From Macrostomum lignano (Eukaryota): a stretch of DNA of 64,000 bases. The notes beneath the pieces were generated by a model. That model ran no database searches, was not told the origin of the DNA, and was given only the letters and a program-made list of their open reading frames with translations. A program made the position numbers and the translations under genes. Shown piece by piece: positions 25,639-37,727 of the stretch. The stretch covers positions 248,001 through 312,000 of the forward strand of contig NIVC01000843.1 in assembly GCA_002269645.1 (NCBI GenBank). Direction: 5' to 3'. How positions within the stretch are numbered: the stretch's first letter is position 1; each line of letters opens with the position of its first letter.

Positions 25639-26825
25639 TTTTGACGCCATGGAGGTCAATCCACATGTCGAAAGTTCATGCACTGCTTTCGTGGCACAGT
25701 TTCATTGGCGACATATTTTCGAAGTAGTATTATCCGAACCTGATAAATAATAATAAGTATTTAATTTAATATTTACACCTACCCCATTTGGGCCAGATGT
25801 GCAACCGCAACCTCAACAACCTCAATTACCCCAGCTAATGCTGGCACCCATTTTACAGCTGGGGGAAACTGAAGCAATACAGAGTTTGGTGTCTTTTCTC
25901 GGGATCACAAATACGCTCGTAGTTCCAGTGCGATCGGGAATCGAAACCCGGACCTTCCAGTCGAGAGTCCGACGCAAACCACCAGGCTACCACCCCCTGT
26001 ACCAAACTGAGAACTTAATAAATTCTAAATTATTCTATATTTTGTCTATAATTTGGTGGATAAAATTGAATCATTTCCACTCTATTTAAACTTCACGCAA
26101 AAAATTGTTACCTGATCCCTGATACAAGGAACTGTCAGTGTTTCTCCATGAGAAACATTTGTTGGCGTTTTGCCGCAAAACTCCCATGTCCCGCTCACTG
26201 CATTATCATACACAGAGCTGATGCTCTTTGAGTTGCAGTGCTCCGACCCGAAATCCAGGTCCGCCTGAGACGTCCAGATCTCAATGTCTGCGGCTCGAGC
26301 GTTTAAATCGTCTCCGATTTCCGTAAGTTTTTTTGGGTTAAGTCTGTTGAAATAAAAAAATTTATAAAATGAAGAAAATAGAGAAAAGCACGATCTTGAA
26401 AAGCTATTCCTAAATGTTACAAGCAAGACTGACTTCTGACTTTGACATTCACAGTTCAGGCTTCTTTAGCTTTATCACAAACCAGTGAAATCCTGCATCG
26501 GCTCCCGCATCATTTCCGTTTTTGCTCTCCTCTGTGTGCAAATATTTGTAGCTGCCGACTTGGTCATCACCAACGGGCCGCTCATAAAAGCAATGTGCCG
26601 ACCTATCATTTTCCAAAATCGACGACTGCCAGGAGCGTTCAATGGAGCCTTTCCTGACTTCAATTCGGCCTGAAATGTGGCATGATGCAATCTTACGTAC
26701 AGTCATAAAGCGAAGCAGTGTTATAGTCACCAAAACTTACATTTTTTACAGCTCACTGAGCTGACAAGTGCCATAGGCAATGCAGTCGTCTGGACGGCCC
26801 AGAATATCAGTGAGAATCTACTCAT
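25639..26825 (-). pseudogene. Receptor locus D: 5' half (SP and three lectin-like exons) with frameshifts
   Basis: Exon 1 26825-26741 (MSRFSLIFWAVQTTALPMALVSSVSCKK). Exon 2 26669-26434 has a 10-nt deletion vs B that gives a stop. Exon 3 26343-26112 is 1 nt short in an A-run. Exon 4 25739-25639 has a 2-nt deletion. Confidence 0.8.
25746..25996 (-). mobile_element. SINE with an internal deletion, orthologous intron 3 position in locus D
   Basis: Same flanks as the B and C copies; lacks about 80 bp of the 3' body. Confidence 0.75.
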
Positions 26826-27912
26826 GTTTTTTATTTTCTTTTGATTATATTCTGTCTTTAGGTTTCTTTGATTCAATTTGCTTTCATTTGTCAAGTATTA
26901 CGCTCGTAGGTCGATCTTTGAAAGTATAGAAAGTCTATTATAATCATGCTAAACATAGCATGCGTTGCAGGTATACATATTTTCTGTTTCCGTTTTTAGA
27001 AGTCAAACATTTCAACTACTCTATTTTTAGTTACTTGCGGTTTATCGAACAAATTTTGCTTGTAATTTGAACAACAGTCATGGTTTGTGATACCGTATTA
27101 GAACTGTATTCTAAAGAGGCTTAAAGTAATTCAGTCGGTCGTTCTTGTTGCCCTTATGGGTAAGGTACGCGACCGGAACTCGACAAGGAGGCAGGTACAG
27201 CTCGAATTTGATTTACGTTAGCGTTAAGTCCATCTTAACTTAACATCTTTACTTAACATCAACATGTCCATCTGCAATGGTGGTCTTGGCGTACGACTTT
27301 CAATCTTCGAGATTTACACTCTAGACCCCACTTTCGCCATTTGTACACTGCTTTTAAATAATTCTTGGTCTAATTTTCAAGTAAGTCAGCCCGAAATGCT
27401 TTTATGTGAAATTGGATGATTGCCATACAAGCATACAAGCAAGCTATTAGAATGTCTCATAAACAGTGACCATGTAGCAGCATCGAATTTTACGTTTTAA
27501 AGTAGATAAAATGTAAATCCCTTTTGACAGGTGTCTTTAAACGTTAATAGGTAAAAAACTTGTACCCGGAGATTTAACAAACACTTGATGCTTCTCGGCA
27601 CTATGGAATGGATTTGGTATTCTATTTCTACGTAAAAAATGGTATTGTTCGGAGAATTTCACGTCGCTTAAAAATTCCAATCATATAAGTTAAAGTAGCA
27701 TCTATGTCTCTCATACATTTTATGAAGTAAACATATATTATTTACTTTTAAAGTGAATGTTTGAAACTTTTAGACGATTTGAACAAAATCTCAATCTTGT
27801 GAAAGCGCCGCCTCTGCTTCCTTTAAAACTCACTTGAAGTAGCTAAGCCGCGAGAGGCCGCAAATTTATATCGATTTTAAAGGGTGGTGCAAAATTTTAA
27901 TGTACTACTGTA

Positions 27913-28231
27913 CACCCTTTTGCGTTCTATTTCAATAAAACTGCATTCAAGTTCGACAAACTGGTTTTCATTTTTGGCATCAGCTTTGGCAGCATCCAAA
28001 CTGCATTCGAATTTGACAAACCGAGAAACAATTTCGGCAAACTGCATTCAATTTCGGCAAACTGCACTCAATTTCGACAGTGCCCATCTAAAAGGTTTGC
28101 CGAAATTGGTTCTCGGTTGTCGAATTCTAATGTAGTTTGGATATGCGGCCATAACTGATGCCGAACATGAAAGCCAGTTTTCCGAAATTGAATGCAGTTT
28201 TATTGAAATACGAGTAGAACGCAAAAAGGTG
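27913..28231. mobile_element. MITE with long imperfect TIRs and TA flanks (Tc1/mariner-type)
   Basis: ta|cacccttttgcgttctatttcaataaaactgcattcaa ... ttgaatgcagttttattgaaata..gaacgcaaaaaggtg|ta. Confidence 0.7.
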
Positions 28232-29036
28232 TAGTGTTGCCGCGATCAGGGACTTACTTGATTAGGAGCTAGTACCCCTTGTACGAGCGTGGTCTGTGGT
28301 AAAACCTATCGAAGCAATGGTTTTTCGAGGACTAATAAGTTAATAATCCATAGAAATAAAGACTTTCCGTGACAATATTTGCGTTCTCCGGGATTTTATT
28401 TGGTAATATTCAAAAAATATCCCGTAAAGTATTTATGTCTATGGTTTATACGAGATTACACATGCCTTTTCGGGAGTTATTTTCATAAATCCCTCAAAAG
28501 GCATGTTTAATCTGATACTTAATTAATAGATCGGTCTCCAACTTTTGTCGTTTTCCGTCCCTAATTTGAGTAGTCCCAGGTCGCTATTGTGATTGAACTC
28601 AAACGTACGGTATGATTGGGTTCGAGATGTCTTAAGACTTTGGAAAAATGATTAAATTAAAAAAAATCATGGGTAGACAAGTAATAAAACTCTTTTAACT
28701 TTTAATAGTAAAAGTACAAATCGAAACAAACAGACAGAACAGAAATCTCAAACTAAAACTCTCACTCTATAGACAGCCACAACGCTCGTAGCTGAAAGAT
28801 TTACTGAAATCGACTAAAGCCCAAATTTGTTTACTATAGGATGCCATTTTTATAGAAACTGTTGCACTCTAAACTTAGTTTATGAAATTTACGAAAATAA
28901 CATTAACGACTAACAATAAGTTATTGTTTACTTTCCGACGGATTCGGAAATGCGTGGTATAAATGCAGTTCAAATAGACAGCAAGGTAAATATTCAAACT
29001 ACATGTAATTACCGTTGAGACAATTGAAGCATAATG

Positions 29037-29355
29037 TGTCGCGACTTTCCTAGTCATTTCTTTAGTTCACCTTCACTTGTCTCTGTTTACTCTGTTTTCT
29101 CTCTTCTCTGTCCAGCTCAATCTTGTTATTCTTATCTCTCTCTCCCTTGCTGCCTTCTGATTGGCTCTCCATTCTCGCCTCTCTCTTCAGTCGCGCACTC
29201 CACCCCCTCTCTTTATTATTCTAGGCTCAACCCCCCAAAGTTAAATGTTCTATAAATATATCGGTTTGGGCCCTGCGCCCACTTACTGCTCCTTCAATTT
29301 AACTCCAATTAAATAGTTTTTAGTTTAGTTAGTATTTTTTCTACATGGCGCCCAA
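29037..29355 (+). mobile_element. LTR remnant with PBS start, abutting gene E
   Basis: TGTCGCG...CTACA (~309 bp), TATAAA at 29251, ATTAAA near 29309, then immediately TGGCGCCCAA (start of a tRNA-Lys-type PBS). No second LTR or TSD was found. Confidence 0.6.
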
Positions 29356-29365
29356 AAGCAACATA

Positions 29366-32300
29366 ATGAAAATCTTGCTCAGCATCCTGATTTCCGCATT
29401 GTTGATGGCAAGAATTGTGGCGACGAATTCAAGATTGTGTGAGCCAAAGCTTTGTTGGTCTTCAAAACAAACAATACAAATAGTTATTCGTTTTGAAAAC
29501 TATCAGGTTAAAAAATGAAACTTTCAGGCCGACTCCAAGTCACGCGCAAAGCGATCGCCAGCTCATGGCAGTCATCTCACTATACGAGCTCTTATACTCG
29601 TACATCAAGGTGCTTTTACACTCGATCAGAAATCAGGACGGGACAGTGGGACTTTTTTACCTCCAGAGAATACAACTCGTCTGCAGTTGACGGATACCAT
29701 TGGTTTGTCCTTTTGCTGAATCAAAGTGAAAGAATTCGGTCTGTCACTGTCGAAAGTAGAGGTGAGGGAGTTTCTGCTGCCAAATTTATGTATTTTTGCG
29801 AATATATATTCTGCGAAGGCACCAAGTCTACTATGTCCTGAAAAAGTGGAATCAAAAAAATTTCAGATGTACCAGGATATTCAGTAGAGTTCCGTGCAGC
29901 AGACGTTGAGCTCTTTGCCTCACAGTCGGACCTGAGCAGCCAGCTCGGGTCTGAGCACTGCAGCTCTCGGCAAATCAGTTCGGTTTTCAATTCAAACCCG
30001 TCGGCTTGGAGCTACTGCGGTAAAACAAAATCAAAATTATATAAAGGAGAACACTTGACTGTAAAATGCGACCGAACAGTAAGTCCATTCCAGCAATTGA
30101 TGGGTCTGTTGGAATACATAATAGATTTCATATCTTAAAAAATAAGAGTTGACTACTAAAAGTCTGACTACTGTGGAGTTTTGTAAACTTTCAGGTCCGT
30201 ATGTTGCTGCTTAGGAAGTTCGTTGCGAATCTGACAAATGGATACCATCAGTGCATGAACTTTGTGAACATGTGGCTTAATCGCATCGACTCTGAGGGTG
30301 AGCTTGGGATCCAAGTAGCCATAAGATCTCTAGCTTTAGTTTTAGAATAATAGTCGGTTAATGCCCAACATATAGTACTTAGTATCCAGAAAAATACTCG
30401 ATGAGGAATATGTTACATTTTCTTTTTAAAAATTAAACTGAGTTTTTTCTCCCGAACCTATTGTTGATGAGGGCTCGTATTTTATAGCTTGTAAAAGGGG
30501 CACGATATTTGAAAAAGAGGAAGTGTAAAATGGTACATAAAGTCCTCAGATGCTTTATTTAAAGTACAATTGGAGCTAAAATTCTTGCAATTGCTTTTCA
30601 ATAATATACTGTGGCGGCTGATTCAGACCAGGTTTGTTGCCATCTGTTCGGCAAGAGTGACGCAGCGACTTCCCATTGTGCTGTAAAAATTATATGACAG
30701 TAGCTTTGCTGGCGCCCCTGGTACTGGTGTCTGTTCCAATAAAATTGTGTTGACGCCTCAAATTCTGGCAGCCCCAAAAATGCGACCCCTCGCAGATTGA
30801 AAATCGTGTATTCCTTAGTGTCTATTATAAGGGCTTAGACACATTGAATTTAATCCAAGATATGTTTCCACAAGTAATGGAGCTTTTGCCCATGGTAGCA
30901 AAGGCTGGCACAGCAGCTGCATCGGGGAGTACGAGATTTGCTAGCAGGAAATCTGCTAGCCGAAGTTTGCTAGCCGAAGTTTGCTAGCCGAAGTTTGCTA
31001 GCCGAAATCTGCTAGCCGAAGTTTGCTAGCCGAAATCTGCTAGCCGAAGTTTGCTAGCCGAAATGTGCTAGCCGAAATCTGCAAGCTGAAGTTTGCTAGC
31101 CGAAATGTGCTAGCCGAAATGTGCTAGCCGAAGTTTGCTAGCCGAAATCCGCTAGCCGAAATCTGCTAGCCGAAATCTGCTAGCCGAAGTTTGCTAGCAG
31201 GAATTTTGCTAGCGAGGATTTTGCTAGCTGCCTTGCTCTCGTAGCTGTTGCATGTTATTTGCTGTGTTTTGATTCCGATTTGAGCTGCTTTGATTCGTAC
31301 GAGTAAATATATAACTTATATACCATATACTGCCACTACCAGCCATTAAGACGGAAAGTTGTGTGTATAGATAAGTTTAAATTTAACTACCTGAACTACA
31401 GCTGCCTGAGCTACCTGAGCTACGGCCTTACAGCTGATAATGCTAAAACATTATCAAATGTCTACGAGTAAAATAGGACAAAAATTATAAATGATTTTAA
31501 CGATTTCCAAGTGCAGTTTTAGCATACACAGTACTTTAGCATACAGTAACACACATGTTGGTGTACAGTATCTATAGCTAGATACATGTATTTCCAAGGT
31601 ACAATTTACTATAGCTATATGTATTGTTAATGTATAGATATTTTCCATCGCTTACGGCACTGTGTACAAGCAAAAACTCTATGCAGGTGTGGCCCACAAG
31701 CTCTTACCCTGTGATCATGGATGTAATATATTTACTTTATTCAATAGCTTGTATATGAACTTTTTAATCCACCTACGTTAAAACCTAAATCTTATTTTCT
31801 TTTTGTCTATGACGTCATTTACTGATTGCGTTTTAACACGTACATGTACGAGAACCCACGGCTAAGGCTAGATGGCAGATTAAGTCGTCCAGATTAAGTC
31901 GTCCCCACAACAGATTGCCTTCTTAATTTACTCTGACTACCGAGAGCAGGCAAACAAAACAACAGAGCCAATGAACTTGAAGAATAAAATTAACAAGCAC
32001 ATTTTGTATATAAATTACATTCAGATTCTTGTCGTACGAGTGCTAGCTACAAAGAAATTTCTGATTTAGTAATTTTTAATTGCATTATATTACGATACAA
32101 CAATGCAGGCCGCAATTATTATTATATATTGCAATTTGCAGATCACTGCTAATAAGCACGACAAAGAGAGTCATTAGAGCGAAAAGCGCAAATTTATTTG
32201 TCCTGCATGATAAGTCCTGCAAAGTTTCTTGCGAAATCGGACAAGAAAAATGTCTCTATAGCAAATTACAACTTCGTAAATTGCTGTTCGCCGGTTTTGG

Positions 32301-34337
32301 TTAGATTATCGCTAGCAGATTTCGGCTAGCAAAATCCTCGCTAGCAAAATTCCTGCTAGCAAACTTCGGCTAGCAGATTTCGGCTAGCAGATTTCGGCTA
32401 GCGGATTTCGGCTAGCAAACTTCGGCTAGCAGATTTCCGCTAGCAGATTTCGGCTAGCGGATTTCGGCTAGCAAACTTCGGCTAGCAGATTTCCGCTAGC
32501 AGATTTCGGCTAGCGGATTTCGGCTAGCAAACTTCGGCTAGCAGATTTCCGCTAGCAGATTTCGGCTAGCGGATTTCGGCTAGCAAACTTCGGCTAGCAG
32601 ATTTTCGCTAGCAGATTTCGGCTAGCACATTTCGGCTAGCAAACTTCGGCTTGCAGATTTCGGCAAGCAAATTTTTCGCTAGCAAACTTCGGCTAACAGA
32701 TTTCCTGCTAGCAAATTTCATAGACCCGCTGCATCGATTTGGTCCATAAGTTCACCCCTTAGATTTTAATTTAGACATATCTGTCACAAGCAATACTAAA
32801 AGCAATACTTCATTTGCATCTTCCGCAGAGAAGCAAGATCAGTCACAGAATCGTGGAACATAGGCTAGACTGTCAAACGAACGCAATGTGCTTGTGATCG
32901 AAGCGGAGTTTTGGTCATGCTAAAATATGTTATTTTGTTATTGTTGAGCAAATTGCATTTTTGACGTCACCTTGTATTGATTAGTACAGTGAAATTTGAT
33001 GAAATAAATTGCAATTCACAGCTGTAATTCATGATTAGGTTTCATAGCTGCAATGGACCAAATTGATGCTTGTTGGACCAAACTAAATACTGCTGTGCCA
33101 GCCTTGCTACCATAGACAAAAATCCATTAGTTCAGTAAGCAACTCTTTGAATAAATTCAGTGTGTAAGCGCAAATAGGCTGTAAAGTTATAAAGAACTTA
33201 ATAGCAATACACCACATTAGAGAGACCAATCGTTTCTCTGAAACTCGTACCTTGTAATTAACAAAATTACTGGTAGGAAATTATTGCTTTTTACAGCAAT
33301 TTCTGTCTGTACCGTTACTTTTTGTTTTAAATTCAATGGATGGAGTATTGATGAGCAGTATATACATCGCAGAAAAATCGCCACAAACACAGCAACTCTT
33401 AGAACAGCGAAGTGGTAAATCTTGGGGTAGGGCAGACTATAGAAGGGCAATGTAGAAATTTCAAATAAACTTAAAATGAATTTATGAACAGAAATTAACA
33501 ATAGAAGTGCTCTGAAATTCTAAATTTTCATTCTTCAGTTCCGCAAAGTCGTCACGAAATCTCCACAGAGTTGGGCATCTGCAATGCTGCATCTCCAAGC
33601 GCTGATGTCAAAGTCACCTTTGAGTCTCCAGACGCATCCACGCACGTGTGCAGAGCATTCGACTCTAAAGGCAAGCAGCTGACAATTACTGCCGTGAAAT
33701 ATCCAACATGCGATGTGGCTGACAATGTGCTGAGATCCCAGTGGCTGTGCTCAAACTGCAGCAGCTCAGCCAATGTGTCTGTAATCTGTCAGGCTGATCA
33801 ACATCAAGTTAGAAAGATTGTCAAATCACGCTGTCCCCACGTGTATGAGAGTAAGTTGTTTACCATTTATCTACGAAATGGTTATTGAAAGTTCTTTGAA
33901 TAGTAAAATGAAGCCTTCCATGATCAAACTTTCAGATTTTTGGCTGTTAGGCGTGTTATTGACCGAGATAATTGTATTAATCATATTGATATCCCTTGCA
34001 ATCCTGATCTACTACGAGAAGGTAAGCTTGACATGAAATCTTAATGTAAATAGTAAGATTGAGAGTCAAAGGTCTGTAATAAGAGGCAGTAGTCTTCATG
34101 TTATCTGCAAGGCATCAAACTGAGCAAGATTTTGTTTTAAAAAGAGCTATATATCGAACTGAATCCCATCCAAAATAAATTTAGAAAAAATTAATTCCGA
34201 AAAATTATTTGATAACTTTGATAAACGGCCACACTTAAAAGTTCCAGAGTTGTGCTCATCCTCCTAACCAACCCAGCGATCCTCCAGCCGAGCTGAGAAT
34301 GCAGCGAGCTGCTCAAAGCGTCTACGTGGATGACATG
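29366..34337 (+). CDS. Receptor gene E: SP - F-type-lectin-like - Ig2-type - TM (with Glu) - tail; terminal exon unresolved
   Basis: Exons 29366-29438 (MKILLSILISALLMARIVATNSRL), 29528-29761, 29867-30078, 30195-30297, 33539-33850, 33936-34021 (FWLLGVLLTEIIVLIILISLAILIYY), 34248-~34337. Exon lengths match gene F (73/234/212/103/-/86). A candidate last exon lies at 36524-36628. Confidence 0.8.
30924..32727. mobile_element. Non-autonomous foldback-type DNA element in intron 4 of gene E
   Basis: GGG...CCC termini; inverted subterminal arrays of GCTAGCCGAAGTTT/GCTAGCCGAAATCT units (30935-31235 vs 32310-32715); 8-bp direct repeat GCTGCATC at 30916-30923 and 32728-32735. Confidence 0.85.
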
Positions 34338-34624
34338 GTAGCCATGACAACCAATAGGACTGACAACGTTTCGCCGCCTCGGTCAGTTTACGTTAGCGAT
34401 TGAGGAAGCGCTTGATTCTGTATTCGGCAATAACTATAAGTAACTATATGGAGCGTAACTATTTGGAGCTAACGTCGCCAGAGAATCATCGTGACCATTT
34501 TAAACACGAATATATTCTCGCTCCATCTCAATAACTTGATAACTCGTAAAAACATATCCAGGATTTCGAAATTATAAATTATAGAATGGTCATCAAATAA
34601 AACCAAGAGCTGTGAACTATGGTT

Positions 34625-34815
34625 GATTATAAATTATTATATTTTCATATTAAATTTGGTTCGGGTTTTGGTACTGGGTTCGGATATTGGTACAGGATTT
34701 TGGTTTTGATACTGGATTTGGGTTTTGGAACTGGGTTTGGGTTTAGTACCGGGTTTGGGTTTTGGCCCCGGGTTCGATGTTCGAGGTAGGTGGGATGCTT
34801 GGTTCAGGTTCGGCG
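34625..34815. repeat. Degenerate ~18-bp tandem repeat (GGGTTCGG/GGTTTTGGTAC-rich)
   Basis: Recurrent ggttttggtactgggttc-like units; inverted copy at ~43920-44110. Confidence 0.55.
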
Positions 34816-35419
34816 CTAAGATATCAGGAGAAAAAATGAAAACACGAAGACCCCTAACTTGCTACTACTCGAACTATCAATAATTCTACCACTTAGAACA
34901 TTCGATTTCATCCTGATTCAGGTATTTTCCCTAAAATAGCCAGGTTTTTCACGTCATAATTGGTCATCTGAAACTCTGGTTGTTGAGGCTCGGTGACTGC
35001 ATGGGCTTTGAGTTATATGTTTTGAGTTACATTTAACATCGTTCACTGATTTTCGCTACTCTTTCCTCCTAAGTTACATATGTGCATTAGTTAGCCAAAT
35101 ATTTAATTCAAGTCTCTCAGATTTTGAGAAATGTACAGTTAGGCACTTGAATTTAAAAATGTAATAATTTTATCATAAAAGTAGAAATGAGGATCTGGAG
35201 TCGTACTTTAAAACAGAAAAATCGAATGAAAAGAAATACAATGCTCAGACGAGTGTAGGCATTTCGAGTTTGAGTGAATTAATCGGAATGAGATGCTTAC
35301 TAAAAGGTGTTTAAAAACAGCCCATAAAAGTACAGAGCTCTTAGATTACGAGTAATTTAAAGACTAAGTATTCCATTTTGCTGATTTTTATTTCACTTGC
35401 GCTGTGGGGGATTCTTGAA

Positions 35420-36350
35420 AACGCAAAAGACAGCTACGAATTCGATTTACAGCAGAACTACCAAGAGGGGGGGATCCCCCCCGACAACTTTTTTGCTGCG
35501 CCGGAACGGAGCAACGCAGGCACACGAAATTCAAGAACACGGGCCAACTATTTGTTGCGCACCCTCTCAAACAAGAATCAAGTCGCCAGCCCTCTGGAAC
35601 GTCGAGATAATCAACGATTTTTCTAGGAAGTCCGATTTTTCCCATAAGCGCCAGTGTATTCAGTTCACCCCTGTGCGCCAATCAGCACTGCGCCTCAGTG
35701 CAGCCTTGCCAAGCCTCCAAATTTCACCAGCACGTCGACCACATGTGTCTGCATCAGCTCTAGCTTCGTTGGTCACTGGCCTTCACCCAGGCGGAGCTTC
35801 TAGACCTTCAACAGGTGGCACCAGGTGACTATGGACACCGAAAAAATGAATTTAAAAATTGTTTTAGCAACTTTTGTTAATTCTACTTGATCTTGAGTCC
35901 ATATAGAAAAGTTGATAATTTTTTGTCATTTTTTCTCTTGGCGAAAATTCGGTTCAATTTACGGTTCAATTAACTAATTACGTCATCACGTCTCACGTTT
36001 GAGAGTCTAGCTGAAAATGACCAGGTGTTAATGTTAGCCCATTATTAATGCTTGATCAGCGAAACTAGAGAAATTCGCATCAGGGTGTCCATAGTCACCT
36101 GGTGCCACCTGTTGAAGGTCTAGAAGCTCCGCCTGGGTGAAGGCCAGTGACCAACGAAGCCAGAGCTGATGCAGACGCATGTGATCGACGTGCTGGTGAA
36201 ATTGCTGATTGGCGCACAGGGGTGAACTGAATACACTAGCGCTTATGGGAAAAATCCGACCTTCTAGCAGAATCGTCGAATATCTCGACGTTCCGGACGG
36301 CTGGCGACTTGATTATTGTTTGAGAAGGTGCGCAACAAAGAGTTGGCTTA
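35420..36350. repeat. Unclassified dispersed repeat as an inverted pair (third copy ~52680-53060)
   Basis: 35530-35839 mirrors 36084-36350 (ggtgtccatagtcacctggtgccacc end); the same sequence occurs in the last intron of gene F. Confidence 0.75.
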
Positions 36351-37478
36351 CTGTTAAAGCATTCATATGCACGTAGTTTAATAAATTACTAAATTTTATC
36401 ATGCATGTAAATATTTCCTCAAAACATTGTAGATTTTAATTTAGAATTACATGCTTCCAATTACAAAGCTTCTACGAGCTAGAACACAGTCACAATGTTG
36501 GTTAATAACTATTCTTTCTTCAGTATCAAATACCATCCTTAATAATCATCAAATATTCCGTGACTTCACTTTCTGGCCGCTGTTCGTTAGAATTTGGTTC
36601 AGCTGTTGAAGGCATGAGCGAAGCGTAGGTGCAGCTGTTTCCTTCCTGAAGTATTATTATATATCGGATATCTGACTGAAGCTGAAGTAGTTTTAAACTA
36701 AATTTGTCTTACAAATCCGTAAATTTTTATTGGGAAAACTGCCACTATAAGTTGTATATAAGCGACTATTTTACTTCGGTAAATACTTGAGTTGCGATAT
36801 TAAAAAAAATAATTGATGGCAGTTATGCATTACTAGCGTGTAAATAATTATATTTACCTGCTGTAGTCCCAAACTATGCCGAGCTGCTTCTTTTATTGAA
36901 AGCAATACATGTAAAATCACTGTTTATTACTTTTTACAATACAAATGTCTTTTCATCTGATGCATCACACTACTAAGGGATTCCGAATGGCGCGATTTTG
37001 GAGGTGAGGTGGGTGTCAACCCTCCTCGCCTCTCATTGGCTGGCGCCCCGATCACTAGGTGATCGATACGCGTATCGATATCGGCGCTCGGCGCGCGCGC
37101 GCGCCGCAGGCGCCAAGCGCCGCAGGTTACCCTCCCCAGCCGCAGGCGCACCTACCGATATTAGATCCCAATAAATCATTATTGGGATGTACATTGGGAT
37201 GTAGGGTGTACATCCGGCGGGGGGATTCCCACTCGTGTGCACGCGGTTAGTGTTGGGGGAACCCCGATGCTGACGCTGGCCGAAAAGCACTTTTTAGAGG
37301 GGTTGTCGATTGGGTCTGTATATATACTAAAAAATCTGCTCAGCTCGCCTGTTATTGGTCAATCGCCAAAAACCAACCAAAATCATCAAAAATCACCCCC
37401 CAAAATCACCACCCACCCCGTTGAAGAATATTGGCTAGAGTTCAGTCATCCAACTTATTTTCCCTTGGAGGTGAAAAT

Positions 37479-37727
37479 TCAGCCAGAATACCTTGAGAGA
37501 CGCACGTCGCCGTTGGGGAAGCACTTGGGACAGCCATGGAAGAAGCAGCCATGAAACTGCAGCACTGTCCTGGTCTCTGGGTCGAAGCCGTCGACCTTAC
37601 GGCCCATGGCGAAAGCCTCGCCGCCCGAGTCCGCTGTCCGCAACCGGCCGCCAAACTCGGTTGCATTTAAATGTGCCAGCCAGCACCGCGCCTTGTGCGA
37701 CTGTACATCGGACCGGCGGGAAATCAC
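37479..37727 (-). pseudogene. Fragment of Maverick-type protein-primed DNA polymerase B
   Basis: QSHKARCWL...KVDGFDPETRTVLQFHGCFFHGCPKCFP matches the DG(Y/F)..ET.TV..F.GC.(W/F)HGCP.C motif that I recognise from Maverick pPolB. Confidence 0.8.

Larger units (their letters stand above)
34188..36968 (+). repeat. Host segment duplicated in inverted orientation at 41765-44545
   Basis: The reverse complement matches at both ends and at internal spot checks; paired coordinates sum to 78733. Confidence 0.93.

Noticed and set aside
36968-36975. CACTA/EnSpm terminus (CACTACTA)
   Set aside because: The leading C belongs to the CATCAC TSD; the far end reads AGTAGT|C, and a pPolB fragment is present.
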